Translations under genes and position numbers: made by a program
Shown: piece by piece, positions 13,084 through 24,893 of the stretch
Layout: each line of letters begins with the position of its first letter
Position numbering within the stretch: the stretch's first letter is position 1
The notes under the pieces: generated by a model
Told to the model about the DNA's origin: nothing
Seen by the model: only the letters and a program-made list of their open reading frames with translations
The model's database searches: none
Assembly (NCBI GenBank): GCA_951406725.2
Contig: OX597829.1
Coordinates: 49,104,001-49,168,000, forward strand
DNA: 64,000 nt
Source: Octopus vulgaris
Taxonomy: Eukaryota
Direction: 5' to 3'

Positions 13084-13722
13084 TATTTAACACACTCACC
13101 GGTAAAATTTCCTCTTATTATTTTTTTATTTTCTAAAATTTTCGTTGCGTCTTGCAACCTTTTTAATAGTTTTTGACTCTAAATAATAATAAAAAAGTAA
13201 ATAATAAAAAAAAAAGAAAAGAAAAATATAGAAATACAATAAATATTGTAGCAAATTCTAAGTGTTTTTAGAGAGGATATTTTAAAGGTTGATGCGCAGA
13301 ATACCACTAAATCCAGTTTGATGAATCTCCAGAATGCTTTGATTTCTGTATTTATTAAATTATAGGTTTATTGCAGCGATATTTCCTTTGCTGCAGCAAC
13401 AATTACAGCCTTGCTGCTTTTTCCATCACGATAGCTGCGTGGCATTTCTAATCTTTAAGTTAATAAATGTATAGTGGTTGCTGACTTTACCCGTTTCGGT
13501 TTTGACAAGCCTTATTATCCAAGATTTGTAACTGGATAAAAAAAATTCATCTTCGAAGTCTTTTAAGGTAATATAATGACGATCATAGCTAAAGGTTTTA
13601 CGACGCTATATAATTTTATCAGACAGGCTTATTGAGTTTTAGCTTGAGTATCGATTGCATTACACTGGGCTCGTCTTTTTGTAGGCGTTAGTAAAGTTTT
13701 TTGACAGGAGTAATGTATGCTA

Positions 13723-14120
13723 TCTTTATATATAAAAGTCAAGTTGTGTGTCTGTCTCCTACGATTTAGATTCCTAACTACTCCCACATTTTGCGGTGCA
13801 GTTTAACCAAAACCGGGTATCTTATAGTCGTGATTCATATCGAGCCCTTCTGGGTATTAGCGCGCGTCTTCGATGAGTCTACGATTTAAAAAAAAATTAC
13901 CATCATTTTTTTCCATTTTAATGCATTTTTTCGCTATTATATAAGGGAAGTAACTCTCTAAAAATGTCTACGATGAGTCAACGATTTAAAAAAAAATTTA
14001 CCATCATTTTTTTCCATTTTTAATGCATTTTTTTTTGCTATTTTTTGGCTATAACTCTCTAAAAATGCTTATATAGTTATTTCCCTTACAAACCCGAGCA
14101 ACGCCGGGCGATACTGCTAG
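13723..14120 (+). mobile_element. Non-autonomous Helitron
   Basis: TC...CTAG termini, near-identical to the 11828 copy, with an internal duplication. Confidence 0.85.
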
Positions 14121-14159
14121 TCTAGTATAAAATGAAGGTCTTTTTTTTTTAAATCGCTG

Positions 14160-14416
14160 ACACATCGTAGACATTTTTAGAGAGTTACTTCCCTTATATA
14201 ATAGCGAAAAAATGCATTAAAACGGAAAAAAACGATGGTAAATCTTTTTTTAAATCGTAGACTCATCGTAGACGCGCACTAATACCCAGAAGGGCTCGAT
14301 ATGAATCACGACTATAAGATACCCGCTTTTGGTTACACTGCACCGCAAAATGTGGGAGTAGTTAGGAATCTAAATCGTAGGAGACAGACACACAACCTCA
14401 CTTTTATATATAAAGA
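14160..14416 (-). mobile_element. Non-autonomous Helitron, 3'-truncated, inverted to its neighbour
   Basis: Reverse complement of the 5' part of the 13723 copy. Confidence 0.8.
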
Positions 14417-15146
14417 TTTCTCTACCGAGAGCGTTCCTTCTATTTTCCATTTAAAATTTTGGACAATTATATTTTCAACTGTTTGAACACTTTTCTATAC
14501 CTTGGAACATTCTCTCTTCTGCTACTGCTCTCTTTATGCATATTGCACATGTTTGTCTATGACAAATGCTTTGGCAGGGGAGTAATAATCTGTAGCAGAA
14601 GTGATTTACAGTGTCATTGTGTAAGATGTTTTCATTTTGACTCAACTAAGTTTAAATACCCGAATATCGGCTCCACAAGCCCTTTTCGTTCCAGCAGATC
14701 ACATGACCTCGTCATTAAACGAACCCATTGTTTGTATTGGTCGGTTTCCAGCCGTCCAATTATGTTGGCGCAACAGTTCATTTTCCCTTAAGCGGGAAAT
14801 TAATCACCAGCTTCTGGGAGTCTGCTGATCTCTATAACAATGGCAGCTCTCGACTGCTCTAGGTCTTTGGCATGTGCCTCTGACCACAGGCAACTCGTCT
14901 TCCACAACGATGTGTCTGACACAAGCCAGTCTACGCTTTCAACTCCACCAGACACCTGCCCATACGACCAATCAACCAACCAACGGCTGCCTAGATCAAC
15001 AATTCTGCCTGACCACGAGGTTCTCTCACACATCCTTGTTGTAACCTATGTTATTTTATTTTATTCCATGTAGTGCAATCATTGTATTTTATAACGGCAG
15101 AATAAATCGTCGCTTACCAGTTCGTTTCATTTCAACTTATATATGA

Positions 15147-15548
15147 CTAGCAGTATCGCCCGGCGTTGCTCGGGTTTGTAAGGGAAATAACTATATAAGC
15201 ATTTTTAGAGAGTTATAGCCAAAAAATAGCAAAAAAAATGCATTAAAAATGGAAAAAAAACGATGGTAAAATTTTTTTAAATCGTTGACTCATCGTAGAC
15301 ATTTTTAGAGAGTTACTTCCCTTATATAATAGCGAAAAAATGCATTAAAATGGAAAAAAGTAGTGGTAAATTATTTTTAAAATCGTAGACTCATCGCAGA
15401 CGCGCGCTAATACCCAGAAGGGCTCAATATGAATCACGACTATAAGATACCCGGTTTTGGTTAAACTGCACCGCAAAATGTGGGAGTAGTTAGGAATCTA
15501 AATCGTAGGAGACAGACACTCACACAACTTCACTTTTATATATAAAGA
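15147..15548 (-). mobile_element. Non-autonomous Helitron
   Basis: Same termini and body as the other copies. Confidence 0.85.
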
Positions 15549-16504
15549 TTTCCACATTGGCCTTACTTACCAACTTCGTTATACGTTCCTTCTCGAAGAT
15601 TTCCTCATATCGTCCGTAGTTACCTTTTGAAGGTAATTCCTTTGTCAGGTTCGTATTTGAACTCTGTTATGGGGTTCTCAACATAGTCTGTCGAAAGAAC
15701 TTTTTCTGACTTTCCTGTCAAACACTTGAAATTAGCATACCGGAAGTGGGGCAAAATTGGTAACTGAGTCAAAATGAATAATTTCTGATTTTTTAAATTT
15801 TCTCTCCACCTGTTTAGAAACCCTTACATTGCAATTATTGCTTCCCCGTTTTGTACCATTGCATCATCCGTGGGAGTAAAAATTGGTCAGCATAATTTAC
15901 ATAGTTGTTGAAGTTGAGAGTTCGAAACACAGGTGGCAGGTACTTATTGGTTTCAAGACATTTTTCTTGAAATTTGACCTGATTGTAATTGAGGTTGCTA
16001 ATAAAATGTCTGGATAATTTTTGGCGTTTAACTATCGATATTCTTTTCTCTATTTGATTCTGCATAAATTTTGTCTTTCCAAACTAACATCTAATCTTAA
16101 AAAAAAGAAATGTCTAAATTGGGGCAAAATAAGGAATGACTAATTTTAGTAATTACTTCTCTTTAACCACGTGATGCATAAATATGTATGGAAGAAAGCT
16201 AATCCGGCAGATAATGAAAAGTTATAGAGAATATTTTATATTGAAGTTTTATATTTAGTTGGGTTTCATTAATTTCATATCATCTGCTATTTTTCTATCA
16301 TTCGCTTTCCTTTGACCAAAGATATTAAGAATTTTTTTGGTATTTGTGATCTTTCTGATGTCTAAGGATGGATGTTTATGTATATGAATCCTTTTTTCAA
16401 ATGAAATTCGGAAGAATTGGAAAAAGAAATTTACTTTATCTTGTCTTACCCAGTTTGGCCTACCTAAATTTGTCTTTTATATGCTCAAAGAAAACTATGA
16501 TAAA

Positions 16505-17407
16505 CTAGCAGTATCGCCCGGCGTTGCTCGGGTTTGTAAGGGAAATAACTATATAAGCATTTTTAGAGAGTTACTTCCCTTATATAATAGCAAAAAAAAT
16601 GTATTAAAAATGGGAAAAAAATGATGGTAAATTTTTTTTTTAAATCGTTGACTCATGGTAGACATTTTTAGAGAGTCACTTCCCTTATATAATAGCGAAA
16701 AAATGCATTAAAATGGAAAAAAAGGATGGTAAATTATTTTAAAAATCGTGGACTCATCGTAGACGCGCACTAATACCCAGAAGGGCTCGATATGAATCAC
16801 GACTATAAGATACCCGGTTTTGGTTAAACTGCACCGCAAAATGTAGGAGGAGTTAGGAATCTAAATCGTAGGAGACAGACAGCACACAACCTCTCTTTTA
16901 TATATAAAGACTAGCAGTATCGCCCGGCGTTGCTCGGGTTTGTAAGGGAAATAACTATATAAGCATTTTTAGAGAGTTACTTCCCTTATAGATGCCAATT
17001 CGGGCTTTCTTACCCATTTCTGTTTTGGTGTCTTCAAGCCATGAAGTCGTTGTTCTAAAAGAACGCTGGTCTCCTTGACAACGCTTTACGACGTTGATTT
17101 CCTTACACTCCCTTCCCCACAGCTTCACGAGGGAGGGAAGAAGGGGGAGAAGCAACACAGGTGCAGGTGTGACCATGGACGCCAACTCCGCCGCCATCGA
17201 CACACGAAAAATTATGCATTAAAATGGAATAAAAAATGATGTTAAATTATTTTTAAAATCGTAGACTCATCGTAGACGCGCGCTAATATGAATCACGACT
17301 ATAAGATACCCGAATTTGGTTAAACTGCACCGCAAAATGTGGGAGTAGTTAGGAATCTAAATCGAAGGGGACAGACACTCACACAACTACAGTTTTATAT
17401 ATATAGA
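16505..17407 (-). mobile_element. Head-to-tail Helitron dimer; the second unit carries an extra ~215 bp segment
   Basis: Junction CTAG|TC at 16911/16910. The GC-richer segment 16991-17205 is absent from the other copies. Confidence 0.8.
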
Positions 17408-17689
17408 TTTTCTGAAATAGCGTTCTGGATATGTCATAGGTTTTTTTACTGCATTTAGAGAAGTTCTTTACTTTGCTGATATGGTTCTTGCAAGGTAGTG
17501 AACATTTGTGAAAAATATTATTTTTTTCAAAGTAAAAAAATACTGTTAATATTACTCACTGTGCCCCACCTACCCCCTACCAGTAAAGCAGAAATAGTTG
17601 CTTCGATCTTCCTATTTTTACGCATTGCAAAACAATGAAGAGAAGCCGTTTTAAAAGAAGAATCTATGTCTTTTAAATGTTGGTGTCTC

Positions 17690-17720
<31 letters not shown>

Positions 17721-17736
17721 ACACACACACACATAG

Positions 17737-17775
17737 AGGCGCAGGAGTGGCTGTGTGGTAAGTAGCTTCTTACCA
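17737..17775 (+). mobile_element. 5' fragment (A-box) of tRNA-derived SINE family 1, split by elements A and B
   Basis: GGCGCAGGAGTGGCTGTGTGGTAAGTAGCTT matches the head of the intact copy at 8421. Confidence 0.85.
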
Positions 17776-19888
17776 TACAGACGTGTTGCTTTTTGCTCCG
17801 GCAAATGTCGCGCTGTTTCAACGTGAATTGTTGAACTTTCGTCTCGACTAAAGGTAGGAACTTTGTGTTTTTGTGGGTTTAGTGAAGCTTTATTGCTTGC
17901 ATGAATGTTTTTTAACATTTAATATTTTTTAGCAAGTAATAAGGCTCCACTTTTCTCCGAATGTAATTTTTCTGCCTGTGTCGAGCGAAAGAAATTGTAT
18001 TTTTGAAGCGGCTTGGTCCGACTGAAGAGATTATTGTGAAATCGTCATTGTGTGTCCACGGGATTACCAAGGATTGTTTACCAAGGGTCTTACCAATGCA
18101 TTTGGCACGGATTACATTCTGGCCGAAGAAGTGAGAAAAAAAGAAAACTGAATTCCTTTGCCTAATTTGAACTCTCTTTCTCTTCTATCATTTATTTGTT
18201 AAAAACTTTTCTGAACTGCCATTTTTATTTTTTCTTCCCTTCTGTTACATTTTTATTCTCCTTTCTGTGGCTAAATTTAGTTATTATTGAACTATTGTAT
18301 TTTACGTTATGGCGAAGGCAAGGAATTTTACTGTGTGGGAGTTGGCACCTCCCAAAAAATATTTACATGATCTTGAGGAAAGAACCGTGGTGCTGAGAAC
18401 ATTTTCAAAGGTACTCGACACCATAATGGTCTTTCCGAGAGATACCATTGAGAACGAGCTGGCAGATTATATGCCAGCCGTTAAACATATACAACGGGGG
18501 GTCAAGTACGCAACGGTCTGGTTGCTATTTGACTCCGCCGAAGAAGCTTGCAAATGTGCAAGCCAGCCCATTGAGGGCAATGAAATTCTGTTTCTCCCCA
18601 GTTACAGGGGGAAAAACTGTTACGTTTGTGGGTCTGTGGCCTGCCGCCCGGCTTTGAACCCGAGTGGATAGAAGACTCTATCCGCCGGGGGCTGGGTGAC
18701 AGGGACGCCAAGATCCTCAACGTTAAAATGCAGCCTGCGGCTAACTGGGAAGGGTCAAAGGCCACTTTGACTCTGTGGACCCAGTCGGCCAAGAGTCTGG
18801 TTTTTCCGGACTTCCTGAAGATGGCCGGGTCCAGGTACCCGGTGATGCTTGAGGGACGCGCCCCCAGGTGTCACCGGTGCTCGGAGCCTGGACATATTAA
18901 GAAGAAGTGTCCCGGGGCCGTGGTGCCGCCCCGGAACATGAAAAGGAAAAGGTGCCCGCCGTCCCCTCATTGGAGGGGGAGACGGTGGAAGCCGTGGAGG
19001 AGGTTGCCTCCACGAAAAGAAAAGAGGCTGGCGAGCAACAATGGTTGCCCACCAAAGAACGCTCAGGGGGCGGAGGGGGATAGCAATCCCCCGTGTCTGG
19101 TGACGGAGTCCCCTGGGTTAGCAGTCTCCCCCAAAAGAAGGAGGAGAAAAAGGAGAGGTCGGACGTCTGACGTTTCTGTGTCGCCGACGGAGCCGCGGGT
19201 GGGATGTGTGCCACCCGCGGACAAGGCTCCGCCAGTAGGAAGTGAGCCACTGGAGGTCCCTTCCTGTGAAGAGGAGATGCTTCTCCTCCTCTACCACAAG
19301 GGAGAGGAGGTGGAAGATTTCTTGAGTGGCTTGAGCGACCGAGAGCGCAAGGGCGCGGTCGGCTCAAGAAATCCGTTATGGCCTCAGCGGGTTGCTGCGG
19401 AAAGGGTAACGGAGGCTATCTTGTCAAGGGTCGCAGAGACCTTTGAAAGAAGGCACTTTACCTTTCTCTTCGCAGGCCCCGACTTGTCGTCGCAGAGTTG
19501 TCTGCAGGCGGCAAGACAATTTGCTTCGGGGACCTGACGGGGAGAATTGTTAAACACTTTTTGAACATTTTGAACATTTTTAAACATGTTGAAGAGGAGG
19601 TTTATCACCTCGTCTGGAAAAAATGTAATTTGAACATTTTGAACATTTTTGAACATTTTACTAAATGTATTCATTGAACACTGTTATTTTCTGAAATTTT
19701 TGAATTTTGTAAAATTTAAAAACATTGTAAAAAGAACATTGTATTAGAGAAGCAGAGGTCGACGGGCGCTTCTGACTTCTCCCATCACCATTTTCATCCA
19801 TCATTACCATAATCCATTAATGTCCCTGTCCAGCCCGGAGCTACCGCTACCTCTGTGTGATGCCCTAAGTGGCAAATAAAATAAAATA
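17776..19888 (+). mobile_element. ORF1-only (gag-like) non-autonomous non-LTR retroelement A, Tx1/L1-like, inserted in a SINE head
   Basis: About 530 bp 5' UTR, then an ORF1-like coding region 18309-19537, a structured 3' UTR and an (AAATA)n tail. Flanked by target duplication AAGTAGCTT at 17760 and 19889. No RT or endonuclease ORF. Confidence 0.8.
18309..19537 (+). pseudogene. ORF1p-like protein (RRM-like repeats + CX2CX4HX4C knuckle CHRCSEPGHIKKKC), with frameshifts
   Basis: Colinear with the element B protein (RTVVLRTFSKVLDT / RTVVLRTYSKALDT; GVKYATVWLLFD; CGLPP..EPEWIE..IRRGLGD; PDFLKMAG.RYPVMLEGR.P.CHRC). One base is missing at G5A5 (18607-18616), with probable compensating shifts near 18930 and 19015. 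Confidence 0.8.
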
Positions 19889-19901
19889 AAGTAGCTTGCT
19901 A

Positions 19902-22133
19902 ACGCACATGCGCAGTTAGTCGGTTGCTTCTTGTTGAGCTAGAGTGGACGTGAGTAACAAGCTCTGTCCAACTAAAGAAAAAAGACCAAAAATGGAAAGT
20001 TGTCGAGGTAAGTGATTTTGTTTATGGTGAGTTGGGCATAATTTATTGCGTGCCAATTATTATTTCAGTAGGTTGTGTCCAACTCTGAGACAATTTCGCC
20101 TGCGCTGGGCGGCTGCCGTTTTTGTGTTCATTGAAAAAAAAAAAAAAAAAAAAAAACAGTGGAGGGGCGTATACTCAGAATTCAATACAGTTACTGTTAA
20201 AATTACCGTTGGCAGTAGCCAGTGCTGTGTTTGAGTTTGCTGAATTTATTCCCTTGTCAGAGTACTTCGCAAGAAAAGTATAAAAATAAGCCACTATTGG
20301 ATTACCTTTCGGACCCATTTTTGTGGAGGTTGTGTTGCAGTTGCGGCGTTCCAGGTTCAACCCAGGCCGGGAGTACCGCAAGGCCAGAATATTTTTGCTG
20401 TGTTTTTTCTGTTTATTAACTTTCTTTTGAACTTCATTTAACCCCCCCCGTTTTTTGTTTTTCTTTATTGCGACTTTCCGTTAATTTCTTCCCTTCTGTT
20501 GTGTTTTCTCCTTTTTGTTTTTTCAAAAATCTATCAAATTTTATTTAGACTTTTGAACATTTTTCTTCCTGCTTTTGAGTTTAATTTGAATATATTTTTA
20601 AAAAAACATGGCAATGAAAAATAACAAAATTTTGGAGTGCGAAATCATACCACCCAAAAAGTGGTTAAAAGACCGTGAAGATAGGACGGTGGTGTTGAGA
20701 ACCTACTCCAAGGCACTTGACACCATCGCCCTATTCGAAAAGACGGCAATTGAGGAGGAGTTGGAAGAGTATTTGCCAACAATTAAATTCATTTCCAGGG
20801 GTGTCAAATATGCAACGGTGTGGTTGCTATTTGACACCCCTGAAGAGGCTTGCAAATTTGCTAGCAAACCCTTGGAGGGTAAGGAAATCTTATTCCTGCC
20901 CACGTACAAAAAAACGAAATTGATGAAAGCTTGGATCTGCGGACTGCCACCCGACATAGAACCCGAGTGGATAGAGGAGACTATCCGCCGGGGTCTGGGT
21001 GACAGCGAAACTAAGCTCCTCAATGTAAAAGTTCTTCCTGCGGCTGCTTGGGTTGGGGCGAAAGCAATTTTGACCCTGTGGACTCAATCAGCCAATCTGG
21101 TTCTTCCAGATTTTTGAAAATGGCCGGGTGCAGGTACCCGGTGATGCTTGAGGGTCGCCCCCCTAAGTGTCATCGGTGCTTGGAGTCCGGCCACATAAAG
21201 AAGAACTGTCTTCGGGAACAAAATAGGATCCCGGAACAGTTAAGTAAAACCCCTCTAGAAGAGGGAACGATAACGGCCGAGAAAGCAGAGGACTCCTCAA
21301 ACAGAGGCCGAAGAGGAAGGTGAGCAACAATGGGTGCTCACCAAAGGATAATAGGGATGAGGAGAGGAAGGCGAATCTTCCAGCCACGGAGGAGACGCAC
21401 CCTCCCTCAGTTGAAAAGGGAAAAAAAAAGAAAAAGAGGAAGAAAAACGGGACATTACCGGCTGTCAGTGTAGCACCGGAATGTCGCGGAACTACGTCGG
21501 TTGGGGTTGTGCCACCGACAAGAGAAGGAATACCGTTGGCGGAAACTGTGCCGCCAACGAAAGAACTGAATGTATTGGTCCTCTTCTATAGAGGAGGAGA
21601 AATTGAAAAAGTGATGGAAGAGCACTACAAGGGAGCACCTTTAGCCTTCACACAGGACCCCGAATGGCCTCCGCAGGTAGCTGTGGAGGCCGTGGCGTTC
21701 GACGTGACGCTAGGGCTAAAGGAGCTCAATGAAGATTATAACTTGGTCCCGGGCGACGCGAACTCGGAACTTGACTACGTTCTGAGGGAGGCGTGGTTGA
21801 TGGTGGAGGGCGCGGGCACAAGCTATTTCGAGGACGATATGTATTATTAGTAATGGACTTAAGTCTAAAAATTGAAAAATTGTAAGAGGATTAATACCTC
21901 GTTTTGTATTAAGCCCAAAAATTGGGAAAAATTGTAAGAGGTTTTATACCTCGTTTTGTGTTTATCTTTTTAAAAAGAACAATGTTTAGAGAAGCAAAAG
22001 TCGGCGGGCGCTTTCTGTCTTCTCCCATCCTTATCATCTTTCTTTCATTATCATTCACTTCATTAATGTCCTCGTCCAGCCCGCAAAGCTAACTTAATCT
22101 GTGTACTGCCTTTATGGCAAATGTTTTGAAATA
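19902..22133 (+). mobile_element. ORF1-only non-autonomous non-LTR retroelement B (diverged relative of A)
   Basis: Starts GCACATGCGCAGTT after the duplicated target. ORF1-like region 20608-21850 and a 3' UTR homologous to element A. Ends GAAATA, followed by AAGTAGCTTG and the remainder of the SINE. Confidence 0.8.
20608..21850 (+). pseudogene. ORF1p-like protein (RRM-like + CCHC knuckle CHRCLESGHIKKNC, basic KKKKKRKK patch), with frameshifts
   Basis: Three ORF pieces (20608-21117, 21048-21323, 21320-21850) join by frameshifts at T5 (21111-21115) and near 21300. Homologous to the element A protein. Confidence 0.8.
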
Positions 22134-22529
22134 AAGTAGCTTGTTTACCAACCACATGGTTCCGGGTTAAGTCCCACTGCGTGGCACCTTGGGTAAGTGT
22201 CTTCTACTATAGCCTCGGGCCGACCAAAGCCTTGTGAATGGATTTGGTAGACGGAAACTGAAAGAAGCCCGTCGTATATATGTATATGTATATATGTATG
22301 TGCGTGTATGTTTGTATGTCTGTGTTTGTCCCCCTAGCATTGCTTGACAACCGATGCTGATGTGTTTGTGTCCCCGTTACTTAGCGGTTCGGCAAAGGAG
22401 ACCGATAGAATAAGTACTGGGCTTACAAAAGAATAAGTCCCGGGGGTCGAGTTGCTCGACTAAAGGCGGTGCTCCAGCATGGCCGCAGTCAAAATGACTG
22501 AAACAAGTAAAAGAGAGAGTAAAAGAGTA
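22134..22529 (+). mobile_element. Remainder of the split SINE family 1 copy (B-box, body, AAAGAGT-type tail)
   Basis: AAGTAGCTTGTTTACCAACCACATGGTTCCGGGTT... continues exactly where the 17737 fragment stops. Matches the copies at 8421 and 2942-3361. Confidence 0.9.
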
Positions 22530-22995
22530 TACACATCGTGCGTTTGGAACTGCAAGAACCACAAAAAATGGTTTTGTGTCTTTTTCGTAATTTTCTGTCT
22601 TGTTATCTTATTCTACATTCTGAAACATTTGTAACTCGCATTAAAAGCTAAAAAAAAAAATTTCCCCATTATTTTTTTTATATCTGGCACACTATGTTTC
22701 TCCCCATTTCTAAGTTAAGGGTAAAAATAAAGCAGCCCTGCAAAACCACAAATGATCTTTATACACAGACGCACAGAACAACAGCAATCAAATAACGACA
22801 GCGGAGTGAACAACAAACATCAACGATCTGACTGTTGCCTGAACTCTTGACAAGAGATGCCAGTTAGTCTTTTACACTTACCGGGCTCATTCATATTAGG
22901 GGAAGCTTTATGAAAATAAACAAAAGACGAAGGCAGGTGGAATACAAACAAACAATTGTGTTAGTATGGCGCTCAGGAATATAAATAAAACAAGT

Positions 22996-23036
22996 CTTTT
23001 ACGTTTCGAGCCTACGCTCTTCAACAGAAAGATACA
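22996..23036 (-). ncRNA. Minimal type I hammerhead-like motif in a Penelope-type terminal repeat
   Basis: Minus strand reads TCTTT-CTGTTGA-A-GAGC(GTAG)GCTC-GAAAC-GTA-AAAGA. This gives a 5 bp stem I, a 4 bp stem II, a palindromic ACGT stem III and a GUA site. The core carries A6U. Confidence 0.55.
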
Positions 23037-23265
23037 CAGAAAAGAAACACGGAAAGAAACAAGGAGAGAAAAAAATTGCGTGCAGAAGCTAGCGAATCAA
23101 CATGGCGATCGAGTTGCTGGATAATTTTTCGTTCATTTAAGAGTATTGTAGAACGGAAACTTTTCATAGATTGGAATTTAAATCCTAATCTCTATAGAAG
23201 TTTATTGTTTCAAGAAAACATTGAATTTGAATTACTTTTAATTTTCACGATTATAGTTAAAATGT

Positions 23266-23605
23266 GAAGGCGCGTGGCTCAGTGGTTAGAGCGTCGAGCT
23301 TACGATCGTGAGGTTGTGAGCTCGAATCCCGGACCGGGCTGCGTGTTGTGTTCTTGAGCAAGGCACTTTATTTTTCACGTTGCTCCAGTTCACTCAGCTG
23401 TAGAAATGAGTTGCGACGTCACAGGTGCCAAGCTGTATTGGTCTTTGCCTTTCTCTTGGATAACACTGGTGGCATGGAGATGAGGGGGCTGGTATGCATG
23501 GGCGACTGCTAGTCTTCCATAAACAACCTCGCCCGGACTTGTGTCTAGGTGGGTAACTTTCTAGGTGCAATCCCATGGTCTGTGTCGTGACCGAAAGGGG
23601 TCTCC
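23266..23605 (+). mobile_element. tRNA-derived SINE family 4
   Basis: A box TGGCTCAGTGG and B-like GCTCGAATCC. Copies at 62519-62855 (+), 32575-32779 (-, partial) and 58240-58848 (-, interrupted). Confidence 0.75.
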
Positions 23606-23913
23606 GAAATAGTTAACAACTTGGTCTGAAACTTCTGAGCCCAAGTCAGGCGTGTGTGTGTAAGATGTCAAGAGAACGTCTGCTATGAATGATATTTTTT
23701 GATACAAGGCACCTCTAAGGCAACCGCTAGATGCTGAACGAAAATAAATGAACTGCGACCAGGCTCAATAAAAGGAGGTCGAGTTTATTGGCTGTAATTA
23801 CATACTTGGAAGCCAGCGTTGGCAGAAATTAAATCAACTTGCAAAATACACGTTCACTTTACTAAATTTATTCTCCCGAGTGACGGAGTATCTATTTCCT
23901 GTCTATCTATTAC

Positions 23914-24008
<95 letters not shown>

Positions 24009-24381
24009 TGATTTACAACCACTATCTCAATTTGTATATATATATATATATATATACAAATTGAGATAGGGGTTGTAAATGCAACCCTCCATGGGATAAC
24101 ATATATCCAATATACTGCTAGTGAAGTACCCAACAAAGTTAATACATTAATGTTAAGGATTTATATTTATATTCTCTTATATATATTCTATTTATTATAC
24201 AACATTACTCTTTTATGTACACTTTTTTATGTGCATTCATTTATGTACACTGTTTTGTTCTACTTTTTTATGTTTAACCCTATAGTCCCTTATGTGGTGG
24301 TTTAATAAAGTATGCGATTGAGTATTATCTGGTAATTGATATTTGATTTAGATGTATTTCTTCATTTTCTTATTTTGTATG

Positions 24382-24441
<60 letters not shown>

Positions 24442-24824
24442 CACACACATGCGTAACAGTCGTGCGGATGACGCTTACTAAGATAGAATCATATAAACAC
24501 AACTGTCCTCATATTTCTGGCAATAAGCCTGTCCTCTTTGATAATGCCATGTCATTTTTGGTTATTCATTGATTCTTGAGAATATCACTCCTTTTCAGAT
24601 AGAACCGGTCTCAATTTAGATCCATCCTGTACAGGTGGAATTCGTTTTAATAAATCAAGAATTTATGTTGTAAATGCTATAGACCTGTCTGTTTATTGCT
24701 CAAATATATGTTCCTGGTCATTGACTTATAACTCGTGTTATTTATATGCTTACATATATACATATACATGTGTAAACACACACACTTGCACACATACACA
24801 CACGCACACTCAAACAGACTCCCT

Positions 24825-24825
<1 letters not shown>

Positions 24826-24893
<68 letters not shown>

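Noticed and set aside
14430-15140. Possible solo LTR or exon-like GC-richer segment
   Set aside because: No recognisable termini, TSD, protein motif or second copy in the window.
18607-18617. Programmed -1 frameshift at GGGGGAAAAAC
   Set aside because: It is not an in-frame X XXY YYZ heptamer, and the homologue B reads through without a shift.
17776-22133. LTR-retrotransposon gag or host zinc-knuckle gene duplication
   Set aside because: There are no LTRs, PBS or introns. The A-rich tails, target duplications and a tail shared with a LINE indicate non-LTR retroposition.
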